Positions 1 to 8,942 of a DNA stretch of 64,000 bases are shown piece after piece. The notes below the pieces were generated by a model that was not told the origin of the DNA, ran no database searches, and was given only the letters and a program-made list of their open reading frames with translations. Source of the DNA: Dehalococcoidia bacterium (GTDB lineage: Bacteria; Chloroflexota; Dehalococcoidia; SM23-28-2; HRBIN24). The stretch spans positions 35,294 to 99,293 of the forward strand of contig JANXAP010000007.1 of the NCBI GenBank assembly GCA_025062275.1, written 5' to 3'. Made by a program: the position numbers and the translations under genes. Numbering within the stretch: position 1 is the stretch's first letter; each line of letters begins with the position of its first letter.

Positions 1-471
1 CTGGTGGAGGCCGGCGCTCCCATCGACTCCTTCGGAGTCGGCACCCGCATGGGCGTGTCGGCCGATGCGCCCTGGCTGGACATGGCCTACAAGCTGGTCG
101 GCTACGAGGGGCGACCCGCCCTGAAGCTCAGCCGCGGCAAGGCCTCCCTCCCCGGCGAGAAGCAGGTCTACCGTCTCTATACCGACGACCTCATGAGGGA
201 GGACATCCTCGCCCTGCGCCAGGAGGCGGTGCCCGAGGGCGAGCCCCTGCTGGAGAGGGTCATGGCCGAGGGGCGGGCACTGCGCCCGCACCCGCCCCTG
301 CGCGAGCTACGACAGCGCTTCCAGGAGGAATTCCGTCGCCTACCCCAGCCCTACAAGGAGCTGCAACCTCGGGCCAGCTACCCGGTCCGCCTCAGCGCCG
401 CCCTCGAAGCGCTGGAGCGAAGGCTGACGCGTGAGCTGACGTCCCAGAGGCGTCCCCTGGGCGAGAGCTGA
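1..471 (+). CDS. pncB: Nicotinate phosphoribosyltransferase, C-terminal fragment (5' end outside the window)
   Basis: Frame-1 ORF runs from the window edge. It contains the 'IDSFGVGT' motif typical of the NAPRTase family and stops at 469-471. Confidence 0.6.
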   Translation: MVEAGAPIDSFGVGTRMGVSADAPWLDMAYKLVGYEGRPALKLSRGKASLPGEKQVYRLYTDDLMREDILALRQEAVPEGEPLLERVMAEGRALRPHPPLRELRQRFQEEFRRLPQPYKELQPRASYPVRLSAALEALERRLTRELTSQRRPLGES

Positions 472-473
472 GC

Positions 474-1598
474 TCAGCGCAGCAGGAGCACAGCCGGCGT
501 CGCGAAGTACAGCGCCAGGAAGAGGACGAAGCGCGGCCTGCTCCCCAGCAGCCACCGCGCCAGCGAAAGCACCGCCCTCGAATAGGGGCGATAGAGCAGC
601 AACAGGACGCCCAGGGTGAGGACAGCGCCGGCCGTCATCTCGGCCAGCACCATGCCCACGGCGGCGCCGCTGCCCAGGAGGGCGGCCGCCGCCAGGGTGT
701 CCACCCAGGTGGAAAGGTTGGCGGCCATGATGTAGGGCACCACCGTTTCCCGTCGCAGGTAGCCCCGCAGCGAAAGGGGCACCAGCAGGCCCACCGAGAT
801 GGACACCGACATGGTGACCGCCGTCACTGCCAGCCCTAGCAGGAACATGGCCCCGGCCCGCTGCGTGAAGGCGTGGAGGCGCCGGGCCGCCAGCCCCTCG
901 GTGTCCAGCTGGGGCAGAACCCGGTCGAACAGCGAGAAGGAGAGCAGGAGGGTGGCCACGCCAGCGGCGAACAGCAGCAGGCGATGCAGGTGCTGCTGGC
1001 CCCAGTCCACCACCGGCCCGTAGAGGGCATTTACCCCTTCCGTCAACGGCCCCGGCACCGCGAAGGTGCTGGGATGGAACGTGGGCAGGTGCAGGAGGGC
1101 CTGGCCCAGGGGCAGCGCCGGTAGCCACAGGGTGCTGGCCACCAGCAGGGCCACCACCCCGATAAAGAGGCCGTCGGCCGTACGGCGCCGCAGCAGGTAG
1201 AGGACGAAGCCCAGCAGCAGGACCGACGACGATGCCCCCATGCGAGAGCCGCTCAGCATGGCCAGCCCCTCGTAGTTGGAGACCGTGCCGGCAGCGGCCA
1301 GGCTAACGGCCACAGCGGCCATGGGAGAGCCGCTCATGAGGAGGGCCGCCCCCAGCCAGCCCAGCCCCAGCAGCGAGGGCACCCCCTCCACCGACATGCT
1401 CTTGAGCACCGGCCCGAGGCCACCGGCCCCGGCCTTCAGCAGCTGGAGGGCCAGGCCGAAAAGGAGGACGGCCGCGGCGGCACCCAGGACGCGAGAGGAG
1501 ACCTCGGCCGCTACCAGCCAGGGGCGGCGCAACGCCCGCCTGGCAGCGGGAAGTACCCGCTCCAGCGCCAGCTCCTCCGAGATCCCGTCCGGCTCCAC
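474..1598 (-). CDS. Polytopic inner-membrane protein, putative transporter (Na/Pi-cotransporter-like?)
   Basis: 374-aa ORF with about 10 hydrophobic helices, a GTG start at 1596-1598, and an AAGAGGA SD 9 nt upstream. Family assignment is weak. Confidence 0.45.
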   Translation of the reverse strand: MEPDGISEELALERVLPAARRALRRPWLVAAEVSSRVLGAAAAVLLFGLALQLLKAGAGGLGPVLKSMSVEGVPSLLGLGWLGAALLMSGSPMAAVAVSLAAAGTVSNYEGLAMLSGSRMGASSSVLLLGFVLYLLRRRTADGLFIGVVALLVASTLWLPALPLGQALLHLPTFHPSTFAVPGPLTEGVNALYGPVVDWGQQHLHRLLLFAAGVATLLLSFSLFDRVLPQLDTEGLAARRLHAFTQRAGAMFLLGLAVTAVTMSVSISVGLLVPLSLRGYLRRETVVPYIMAANLSTWVDTLAAAALLGSGAAVGMVLAEMTAGAVLTLGVLLLLYRPYSRAVLSLARWLLGSRPRFVLFLALYFATPAVLLLR

Positions 1599-1709
1599 CA
1601 GGCCGTCCTCTTATTCCGACTATGTTGACTGATTTAATCGAGAAACACCATAGCAGAAGGCGAGTGATGGCGCAACCCCCTGCGGTGGATATCGGGTGAG
1701 CTGCAGCGG

Positions 1710-4526
1710 CTAGTCCTTGACCACGCTGGAGCCTTCGGGAGACTTCTCTACCCGCAGCCGCGCGGGCATCCGCTCGGCCAGGGCGGGGACATGGGTGATG
1801 ACCCCTACCATGCGCTCCCCGGGCCCGCCCAGCACCTCCAGGGCCGAGGCCACCACGTCCAGCGTCTCGGCGTCCAGGTGGCTGAAGCCTTCGTCCACGA
1901 ACAGACTCTCCAGCGCGCCACGTCGGGACGCGTGGGCCAGCCCCGGTAACCCCTCGGCCAGGGCCAGGGCCAGCGAGAGGGAAGCGAGAAAGGTCTCGCC
2001 ACCGCTGAGGGTGTTGACAGGCCGCTCCTCGTCGCCGTTCCAGTGGTCCTGGATGTAGAACTCGTCGCGGCGGACCACCAGCGCGTATCGGCCCCGCGAC
2101 AGCTCCCGCAGGTGTCGGGAGCCGTCCTCGGCCAGCAGCGAGAGGGCCTCCTGACGCAAGAAGGCCTGGAAGCGGTCGCTGCGCAGCAGGTCGCCCAGGG
2201 CACGGGCCACCCTGGCCTGTCGCTGCGCCTCCTCAGCTTGCTCGCGGAGGCGGTCTGCAAGGCCCAGGTCGTGCTCCAGGCGCTCCGCCTCCTTCTCCAG
2301 CGCCCCCAACCTGCGCCCTACCTCTTGCAGCTCCTCGTTGTGCTGCCTTAGCTGCGCCGAGAGGAACGAGATCACCTCCCGACCCTCTGCCAGCGCCTGG
2401 GCCCTTTCCTGCCAGCCCAGCTCCTCCAGCAGGGACGAGAGGGCAGGGGCCAGCGCCGCCACCTGCCGTCCCGCTTCCTCCTCCTGCGACCGGGCGAGGC
2501 GGGCCTGCGCCTCCAAAGAGGCCAGCTCCTCGCGCAGACGGGCATGCTCCGTCTGGCGTTCGCGGAGCTGTCGAGACAGCTCTCGTTCGCGTCGATGCAA
2601 CGTCTCCAGCCTGCCCTTGGCCTCCTCCAGCTCCCGCAGGCGGGCCTGCAGGACATCGGGCGAAGACGCGGCTCCCAAGGACTCTTGCAGCGCCCTCAGC
2701 CGCCCGGCCAGCTCGTCGCGCTGTCGCTCTAGGGCCTGTAGGCGCGACAGCAGACGGGCCTCTGCCTGGGCGGTAGCCTGGAAGGCCTGCCGGGCCTCGT
2801 CCAGACGCTGGCGAGCGGCCTCCCGCGCTGCCGCAGCGGCCTGGGCGAGGGCCTCGGCCTCTTGCACGGCGCGGCTGGCGGCAGTCATGGCCCCCTCGGG
2901 CGGGCCCTCGTCGCCCTGAGCATCCCGCAGGGCAGCGAGGGCACTGGCATGGCGCTCTTCTTCCTGCTGCAGTCGGAGGCGGGCCATCTCTACGGCGCTG
3001 GCGGCCCCTTCTGCCCGGGCCGCAGCCCGTGCCTGCTCCTCCCGGGCCTGCCGCCACCGTTCCTGGAGGCGCTGGGCCTCCTCTTCGGCTTCCGACAGGG
3101 CGGCGGCCACGTCCCCCGGCGCTGGCGGCGACGCCACTCTCTGCCCGCAGACGGGGCATGGCTCTCCCGGCCGAAGGCCACGGCGCAGCTCATGGGCAGC
3201 GTGCTCCTGCCTGAGGGCCAGCAGTCGGGCCTGGGACTGGCTGGCCAGCTCCTGGGCCTCCTGGGCAGCCGCCTCGGCCTCGCTCGCCGCCCTGCGGGCC
3301 TCGGCCAGCTCCTCCTCGCGCCGGGCCAGCTCTTGGCGGGCCTGGGCCAGGGCGCGGGCGCTCTCCTGCCACTGGCGCGCTGCCTGTTCCACCGCCGCCC
3401 ATCGCTGGCGGGCTTCGCTCAGTCGCCGCTGGGCCTCGGCCCACGCCTCCTCGGCCTGCGATGCCTCGTCCTCGGCCCGCTGGAGGCCTCCGCGGGCCTC
3501 CTGGAGACCGGTCCGGGCCTCGGCCAGTGCCCGCGCGGCCTCGGCCAGCTCGTCCTCCAGCTCCTGCAGCCGCCTGGAGGCCTCGGCCGCATCCTCCGCC
3601 CGCTGGAGATCGGCATGGACGCGGGCGTAGTCGTCGGCCGAGAAGGGGACTGCCTCGACCTCCTCCCGCAAACGGGCCAGGGCATCCTCCAGCTCCTGTA
3701 GCTCTCTCTCGGCCTCAGCGAGACGGGCGCGGAGGGATTCGGAGCGCTCTTGCGCCTCCCGCCAGCGGGCCTCGGCGGCGGCCTTCCTCTCGCGGGCCTC
3801 GGCCAGTCGACGGGCCGCGTCCAGGGCCTCCTGGGCAGTGCCGGCCAGGTGCGACAGGCGCGCCTGCTCCTGCTTGAGGGCCAGGGCCTGACGCCTCAGC
3901 TCCCGCAGCCGCTCGGGGGTGGCATAGGCCAGCTCCGTCTCGAGGCGCCGGGCCAGCTCCTCGGCCTGGGCCTGGAAGCGCTGGGCCAGGTCGTTGGCCC
4001 GCTGCATCACCGCCCGGTAGAGGTCCAGCCCCAGCAAGTCCTCCAGCACCCGGTCGCGCTCCTCCCGCCCTCCGGCCAGGAAGAGGTGGAAGCGTCCCTG
4101 GGGCAGGACCACAGAGCGCACGAAGCCCTCGTAGTCCATGCCCACGATGTCACGCACCAGTTGGTTCACATCGACGCGGCGGTCGGCCCTGGGCAGCCAC
4201 TGGCCGGTGTCGGGGTCCATCTCTTCCAGCTGCACATCGGCGTGGCCACGGCGGGCGGTCGACCGGGTGATCCTGTATCGACGCCCGCCGCTCTCGAACT
4301 CGAAGGATACGCGCATCCGCTCCGCGCCCTGGCTGATAAGGTCCCTCACTTGGTTGCGCACCCGCGGCGCCTGGCCGTAGAGGGCGTAGGCGATAGCGTC
4401 CACCAGCGAGCTCTTGCCGGCGCCGGTGGGGCCGGTGATGGCGAAGAGGTCCAGGTCCGAGAAGTCCACTTCCACCCGTCGACGGTAGCAGGTGAAGCCC
4501 TCCAGCGTGAGCCTAATGGGCCTCAT
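1710..4526 (-). CDS. sbcC: SbcC/Rad50-family DSB repair ATPase
   Basis: N-terminal Walker A 'GPTGAGKSS'. Long central coiled coil rich in A/E/R/L/Q with a zinc-hook 'CPVCGQ'. C-terminal signature 'LSGGETF' and Walker B 'LFVDEGFSHLD'. Confidence 0.92.
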   Translation of the reverse strand: MRPIRLTLEGFTCYRRRVEVDFSDLDLFAITGPTGAGKSSLVDAIAYALYGQAPRVRNQVRDLISQGAERMRVSFEFESGGRRYRITRSTARRGHADVQLEEMDPDTGQWLPRADRRVDVNQLVRDIVGMDYEGFVRSVVLPQGRFHLFLAGGREERDRVLEDLLGLDLYRAVMQRANDLAQRFQAQAEELARRLETELAYATPERLRELRRQALALKQEQARLSHLAGTAQEALDAARRLAEARERKAAAEARWREAQERSESLRARLAEAERELQELEDALARLREEVEAVPFSADDYARVHADLQRAEDAAEASRRLQELEDELAEAARALAEARTGLQEARGGLQRAEDEASQAEEAWAEAQRRLSEARQRWAAVEQAARQWQESARALAQARQELARREEELAEARRAASEAEAAAQEAQELASQSQARLLALRQEHAAHELRRGLRPGEPCPVCGQRVASPPAPGDVAAALSEAEEEAQRLQERWRQAREEQARAAARAEGAASAVEMARLRLQQEEERHASALAALRDAQGDEGPPEGAMTAASRAVQEAEALAQAAAAAREAARQRLDEARQAFQATAQAEARLLSRLQALERQRDELAGRLRALQESLGAASSPDVLQARLRELEEAKGRLETLHRRERELSRQLRERQTEHARLREELASLEAQARLARSQEEEAGRQVAALAPALSSLLEELGWQERAQALAEGREVISFLSAQLRQHNEELQEVGRRLGALEKEAERLEHDLGLADRLREQAEEAQRQARVARALGDLLRSDRFQAFLRQEALSLLAEDGSRHLRELSRGRYALVVRRDEFYIQDHWNGDEERPVNTLSGGETFLASLSLALALAEGLPGLAHASRRGALESLFVDEGFSHLDAETLDVVASALEVLGGPGERMVGVITHVPALAERMPARLRVEKSPEGSSVVKD

Positions 4527-5697
4527 GGACCACCTCGTCCCACAGGCGCTGAAAGAGGGACATCAGCTCCGGGTCGGGATCGGCGCCATACTGCTGGCGA
4601 TGGTAGAGGGTCACCAGCTCGGCAGGGGTGAGGCCAGCGAGGCGCTTTCGCGACGGCTGCTCCTGCCGGGGGTATACGGGCACCACCTCCACGGCATTGG
4701 GAAGGGCCTCCCGCACTTGCTGGGCCAGGCCGGGGAAGGGGCCATCCACCTTTACGAACACGCGCAGATAGGCATCGCGCAGGTCGGGAGCGTCCCGCAA
4801 CCGCTCCAGCTCCGCCAGCGATAGGGGGCGGTCTGGCAGGCCCACCGTCCGCAGCTGACGGACCTTGCTCAGGACGATGCGCTCCAGGTGTGTGACCCCC
4901 CGCCCTGGCTCGGCGTCCACCAGCACCACACACTTGCGCTGTCCCTCCTCGCCGAAGTCCAGCTGCAGCAGGGAGCCGGCATACACAGCGCGAGTGGGGG
5001 CATTGCGCACCTCCTGGTGGCGATGCACGTGTCCCAGGGCCACGTAGTCGGCCAGGGGCAGGCGCTGGGGAGGGACGGCATAGACCTGGCCCATATGCAG
5101 GGGGCGCTCGCCGGCCGCCTCGCCTCCCACCAGGACGCCGTCCACCAGCACGTGGGCCAGAAGCACGTTGACGGCGTCGCGTCGGAAGAAGCGCCCCAGC
5201 CCCTGCAGCAGGTCTCCCACCGCCTGGGCGTATTCGGCCAGCCCCTCGCCTCTTACCAGCCCCTCCCAAGTGCGGACGCGCCGCTCGCTCATCCAGGGGA
5301 AGAGGGCTACGACCGCCTGCTCCTCCCCATCGCGGCTGGGCACAACGATAACGCCGCCCTCCTGAGGGGGCACCGGCTCCCCGAGGACGCGGATTCCCAC
5401 CAGCTCCAGGACTCGGCCGAAGGCGTTGAGACGCCGGGGGTGGTCATGGTTGCCGCCGATGATGACCGCCGGTATGCGCGCCCCCGCCAGCTCACGGAAA
5501 AACTCGAAGGCCAGACGCTCCGCCTCTGGCGGCGGCAACGCCGAGTCGAAGACGTCGCCGGCCACCAGCAGGCAATCGACCCGCTCCAGGCGGGCGATGT
5601 CCAGCACCTCCTGCAGCACCGCCTCGAACTCATCGTCGCGGCGGTGGTGCCGCAGGGCCTTGCCCAGGTGCCAGTCGCCAGTATGCAGGAACCTCAT
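4513..5697 (-). CDS. sbcD: SbcD/Mre11-family nuclease
   Basis: Begins 'MRFLHTGDWHLG...VAGDVFD...GNHD', the calcineurin-like phosphoesterase motifs of Mre11/SbcD. Start re-anchored to the ATG at 5695-5697; the ORF-track N-terminal extension is low-complexity. Overlaps the sbcC start by 14 nt. Confidence 0.9.
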   Translation of the reverse strand: MRFLHTGDWHLGKALRHHRRDDEFEAVLQEVLDIARLERVDCLLVAGDVFDSALPPPEAERLAFEFFRELAGARIPAVIIGGNHDHPRRLNAFGRVLELVGIRVLGEPVPPQEGGVIVVPSRDGEEQAVVALFPWMSERRVRTWEGLVRGEGLAEYAQAVGDLLQGLGRFFRRDAVNVLLAHVLVDGVLVGGEAAGERPLHMGQVYAVPPQRLPLADYVALGHVHRHQEVRNAPTRAVYAGSLLQLDFGEEGQRKCVVLVDAEPGRGVTHLERIVLSKVRQLRTVGLPDRPLSLAELERLRDAPDLRDAYLRVFVKVDGPFPGLAQQVREALPNAVEVVPVYPRQEQPSRKRLAGLTPAELVTLYHRQQYGADPDPELMSLFQRLWDEVVHEAH

Positions 5698-5743
5698 CTG
5701 CCAACGTCCGGGGGATGTGTGGCCCTTTCTGGCGACGGACAGG

Positions 5744-7405
5744 TCATCCCCGCACCCGCGACCAGGGGTCTTCGGCCTCGGCCACCTCCTCGGGACGGGT
5801 GGCCCAGGCCGGGAAGGGGAACTGGACCAGCAGCGGCACCGGCAGCTCCGGCTGGTGCAGGAACATGCTGCCCGGCTTGAGGATGCATGCGCGGGCACGG
5901 GCATAGGGGCCCAGGAAGCCGTACTCGCTGCGCTCCGCCTCGGCCGTGTCCAGGCGTCCCGTCACTCTGAAGGAGGCGTTGGTGACCACCCTTCGCTCCA
6001 CCTCGCTGGCCGTCTGCTGAGCGCCGATGAGGATGACCCCTAGGCTGCGGCCCCGCTCGGCTATGTCCAGCACCACCTCCTTGATAGGGCTCCAGCCCTC
6101 TCGAGGGGCATACTTGTTCAGCTCGTCCAGGACCACGAACAGCAGCGGCTCTCGCGTCCCCTGCTCGTCCTTGACCTGCATAAGTTGCTTCAATACCACC
6201 CCGACCACGAATCGCTTGGCCCGATCGTGCAGCGAATGGATGTCGATGACGTTGAGCTGGCGAGCCCGCACGTCGATGCGGTGCATCTCCTCCTGCTCGG
6301 GCGACAGGTCGCCCCGTATGAGGTGGCCCACCACGTCTACGGAGCCTTGTAGGCGGCGCAACAGGGCATCGACGGTGGCGGCGCTGACTCGCGCCGTGCC
6401 GAACACCTCGTCCCTGTGGTCCTGAAGGTAGTCCACCAGGTCCTGGAAGTCGGTAACGCGGCGCCCCCCCAGCATCACCCACGACTGGGACGATGGCTGG
6501 TTCTCGGTCTCGTTGGCCAGGAAGCGCTCGGCGGCACCGATGGCCAGGGGAAGCTGGCTCCCCTCGCTGTCGCCTTCGGCAAACAGGAAGGCCAGGAGAC
6601 GCCGCTGGCAGAACTCGCGCAGGCTCCAGGCGTAGGGCGTCACCCCCTGCTGCCGCGAGACGGTGCTGGGCACCAGCTCACCGAACCCGTAGCGGGCCGG
6701 CGGCGCCCACAGGGCCACGTCCTGAAAGGGCTGCGCCGGCAGGCCCAGGCTCTCGTAGCGCTGCCGTTGCTCGTCGCCCAGGCGAGAGTTGGGGCGATCC
6801 AGGAACAACAGGTCCTCGCCCTTGACGTTGAAGATGACGGCGCTGGCGTGACGCGTCCGCTCCGCCGCCTGAGGGTGGTGGAACAGGGCGTAGAGCAGGA
6901 AGAGGGCGTAGGAGGTCTTGGTAGCCACCCCCGACACGCCAGCGATGTTGACGTGGGCGCCACGGGTCCCGTCCAGGAACTCCAGGTTCCCCCAGACCAC
7001 CTGCCCGTCGCGGCCCAGGCCGGCAGGGAACCGGTGCTCCATGCGATCGAAGTAGAGGGCCCGCTCCCGCTCCAGACCCGCCGCTCGCTGCACCGGCCGT
7101 CCGGGCAGGGGCGGCACGAAAATTTCGGGCTCCACTCGCGTCACCGAAACGTGGGCGGCCGAGGCGATGCCCACAGGCAGCACGCCCTCGGCGGCCCGGA
7201 AGACGTCCGAATCGAAGCGGGCACCCTCGTAGCGCGCCCGCACCTGGTCCACCACCCCGTAGATGGTCACCTCGGTGCCATCGGGCAGGGGGGTGCTGGT
7301 ACAGACGACGTCGTCCAGCTGCAAGTAGTGCCCATCGGCCACGGCCACCCAGAAGTCCAGAGGCCGGGCATCGTCGGTCCCCAGGACGCGTCCCACCTCC
7401 GTCAT
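5744..7405 (-). CDS. herA: HerA-like FtsK/HerA-superfamily ATPase (HAS-barrel + P-loop)
   Basis: N-terminal HAS-barrel-like region (VGRVLGTDD...FWVAV...GHYLQLDD...VTIYGVVDQV), Walker B 'FVVLDELNKY', and a HerA-like C-terminus. The P-loop reads 'AGVSGVATKTS', which is not canonical. Start taken at the ATG at 7403-7405, overlapping the upstream stop as ATGA. Confidence 0.6.
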   Translation of the reverse strand: MTEVGRVLGTDDARPLDFWVAVADGHYLQLDDVVCTSTPLPDGTEVTIYGVVDQVRARYEGARFDSDVFRAAEGVLPVGIASAAHVSVTRVEPEIFVPPLPGRPVQRAAGLERERALYFDRMEHRFPAGLGRDGQVVWGNLEFLDGTRGAHVNIAGVSGVATKTSYALFLLYALFHHPQAAERTRHASAVIFNVKGEDLLFLDRPNSRLGDEQRQRYESLGLPAQPFQDVALWAPPARYGFGELVPSTVSRQQGVTPYAWSLREFCQRRLLAFLFAEGDSEGSQLPLAIGAAERFLANETENQPSSQSWVMLGGRRVTDFQDLVDYLQDHRDEVFGTARVSAATVDALLRRLQGSVDVVGHLIRGDLSPEQEEMHRIDVRARQLNVIDIHSLHDRAKRFVVGVVLKQLMQVKDEQGTREPLLFVVLDELNKYAPREGWSPIKEVVLDIAERGRSLGVILIGAQQTASEVERRVVTNASFRVTGRLDTAEAERSEYGFLGPYARARACILKPGSMFLHQPELPVPLLVQFPFPAWATRPEEVAEAEDPWSRVRG

Positions 7406-8412
7406 GACAGCCCTCCCTGCCGATAGATGTAGGCCTCGATGCTGCGGCGCACCCACTGATAGTCTCCCAGGCCGTGGCGCAGGCGCTCCTCCAGGGCCGC
7501 CACCGGGTAGAGGTTGGCCGGAGCACGGCTGTCCCAGGCTGCAGGAGGGGCGAAGCGCGGCAGCAGAAGGGCGGTCAGATCGGCCAGACGCCTGGCCAGT
7601 TCCAGGCCCATCTGCGCCCACGTCTCCAGCCGCACGATGCCCACCAGGGGGTGATGGAAGGGGGGCGCCCCAGCCACCCGCACATACCAGGAGAAGCGAC
7701 GGTCAGCCTCCCGTTCGGTCAGGAGCAGAAAGAGAGGCGTCCTCTCGCCCGTGGTCAGGGCAGTGACGCAGCGGGCCAGCGACTCCTCCTCCAGATAGCG
7801 ACGGTGATGGGTCTTCACCAGGCCCACCACCGGCACCGCCTGACCCGCCCAACGGGGCAGGAATGTGAGGGGGCCGTCCACCACGACCACCGCGCTGCCC
7901 TCCAGGCGGGCAGGGCTGCCGGCCACCACCTCCGCCTCCAACTCACGCATGCGACGCTGGACCTCGTACCGCACCTCCTTCTGTCCCTTGTCGTCGCCGA
8001 TGGAGGCCACCCAGTAGCGGAGGACGATACTGCCGGCGGGCACCTCCACCTGCCCCTCCTGGCCGGAGGCGGCCAGGACCAGCGCCCTCCGCACCTCTTC
8101 GACCATCACCGTGGCCTGGCCCGGGCGGCAGAGGACCGCCCCGGCCCCGTAGGCGCCGAAGAGGCCCCACGCCAGCCTATCGCCGTCCTGGGCAACCACC
8201 CCCACCTCCACACGCCGCACGCCGTCCACGAAGAGAAGGGCAGACGGCGCTGCCGTGGCTTCTGGTCTCAGGGGCTGCCAGTTCTGGGGCGGGCGCTCCA
8301 CCCCGGGATCCACATCGGGGCCGGCACCCTCGTCCTCCTCATCGGCGCCTTCCAGCAGCCCCTCGTAGGAGGACACCCAGGGATGGAGCCTGACCGTGGA
8401 CAGCAGGGCCAT
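7402..8412 (-). CDS. nurA: NurA-like 5'-3' nuclease
   Basis: 336 aa with Asp-containing motifs 'LLFVDGVRRVE' and 'VVVDGPLTF' resembling the NurA active site. Immediately upstream of and translationally coupled to the herA-like gene. Confidence 0.5.
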   Translation of the reverse strand: MALLSTVRLHPWVSSYEGLLEGADEEDEGAGPDVDPGVERPPQNWQPLRPEATAAPSALLFVDGVRRVEVGVVAQDGDRLAWGLFGAYGAGAVLCRPGQATVMVEEVRRALVLAASGQEGQVEVPAGSIVLRYWVASIGDDKGQKEVRYEVQRRMRELEAEVVAGSPARLEGSAVVVVDGPLTFLPRWAGQAVPVVGLVKTHHRRYLEEESLARCVTALTTGERTPLFLLLTEREADRRFSWYVRVAGAPPFHHPLVGIVRLETWAQMGLELARRLADLTALLLPRFAPPAAWDSRAPANLYPVAALEERLRHGLGDYQWVRRSIEAYIYRQGGLS

Positions 8413-8441
8413 GTCGAACAGACGCTCTACTTTTGGCCCCC

Positions 8442-8469
8442 ATTATATTCCCTCTCCGTCCCAGGTCAA
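8442..8469 (-). promoter_or_regulatory. Sigma70-like promoter for the nurA-herA-sbcDC operon
   Basis: Minus strand reads TTGACC, a 16-nt spacer, then TATAAT, about 30 nt upstream of the nurA ATG. Confidence 0.45.
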
Positions 8470-8534
8470 CGGCCCGAAGGACGTTCTGGCGTTCGCGCTT
8501 CAGCGGACGCGGGACGATGAAGGGGGCAACAGAC

Positions 8535-8563
8535 GGCGGCCCTGTCGGATGGGCAGGGCCGCC
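8535..8563 (-). terminator. Perfect 10-bp GC hairpin after the desulforedoxin-like genes
   Basis: GGCGGCCCTG-(9 nt loop)-CAGGGCCGCC, located directly after the stop of the downstream Dx-like gene. No clear U-tract, which is common in high-GC genomes. Confidence 0.4.
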
Positions 8564-8587
8564 TGAGGTAGTGGCGTCGGACTCCAG

Positions 8588-8731
8588 CTAGTCAGCCGAG
8601 GGGAGAACCTTGGGCTGCAGCAGCTCCATGGGGGCACCGCAGCATTCCACGGAGCCGTCACCCGGGCGGATGCACAGCACCTCGGTCCCGCAGCTGTTGC
8701 AGTGGTAGCGCTTGCCCAACTGGTTGGCCAT
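8588..8731 (-). CDS. Desulforedoxin-like small Cys4 metal-binding protein (47 aa)
   Basis: Translation MANQLGKRYHCNSCGTEVLCIRPGDGSVECCGAPMELLQPKVLPSAD. CxxCG...CCGxPM matches the desulforedoxin fold signature. Below the ORF-track size cutoff. Confidence 0.55.
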   Translation of the reverse strand: MANQLGKRYHCNSCGTEVLCIRPGDGSVECCGAPMELLQPKVLPSAD

Positions 8732-8744
8732 CGCTGCCACCTCC

Positions 8745-8864
8745 TTAGCCCTTCATCTGCATAGGCTGGCCGCAGCAGTGGATCTGGCCGTCGCCGCCGC
8801 GGGTGACGATGAACTCGCTGCCGCAGACGGTGCATTGATAGCGCTTGCCTACCTGATTGGCCAT
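8745..8864 (-). CDS. Desulforedoxin-like small Cys4 metal-binding protein (39 aa), tandem paralogue
   Basis: Translation MANQVGKRYQCTVCGSEFIVTRGGDGQIHCCGQPMQMKG. GGTGA SD upstream. 13 nt from the downstream paralogue. Confidence 0.55.
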   Translation of the reverse strand: MANQVGKRYQCTVCGSEFIVTRGGDGQIHCCGQPMQMKG

Positions 8865-8913
8865 CGCCCATCACCTGCTCAGGGGATGATGTAGGGACGG
8901 CTGTCCCTGCCTG

Positions 8914-8942
8914 AATATAGCGCAGGGGTGTTGCTCGGTCAA
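8914..8942 (-). promoter_or_regulatory. Putative promoter for the Dx-like gene pair
   Basis: Minus strand reads TTGACC, a 17-nt spacer, then TATATT. It overlaps the cupredoxin stop codon and sits about 55 nt upstream of the Dx-like ATG at 8864. Confidence 0.35.

Noticed and set aside
340-1128. 262-aa minus-strand ORF rich in Gly/Ala/Pro/Arg overlapping the pncB end and the membrane-protein gene
   Set aside because: Low-complexity composition typical of an out-of-frame translation of high-GC coding DNA. The overlapping frames carry recognisable protein motifs.
2233-4631. Several long ORFs (308, 279, 293 aa and others) in alternative frames and on the opposite strand within sbcC
   Set aside because: The sbcC frame has Walker A/B motifs, a zinc hook and coiled-coil periodicity. 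The alternatives are Arg/Gly/Pro-rich artefacts of GC-rich repetitive codons.
8500-8874. 124-aa ORF-track call covering the region of the two desulforedoxin-like genes
   Set aside because: A different frame gives Arg/Pro-rich nonsense. The two short SD-preceded ORFs in the other frame carry the conserved CxxC…CC motif.
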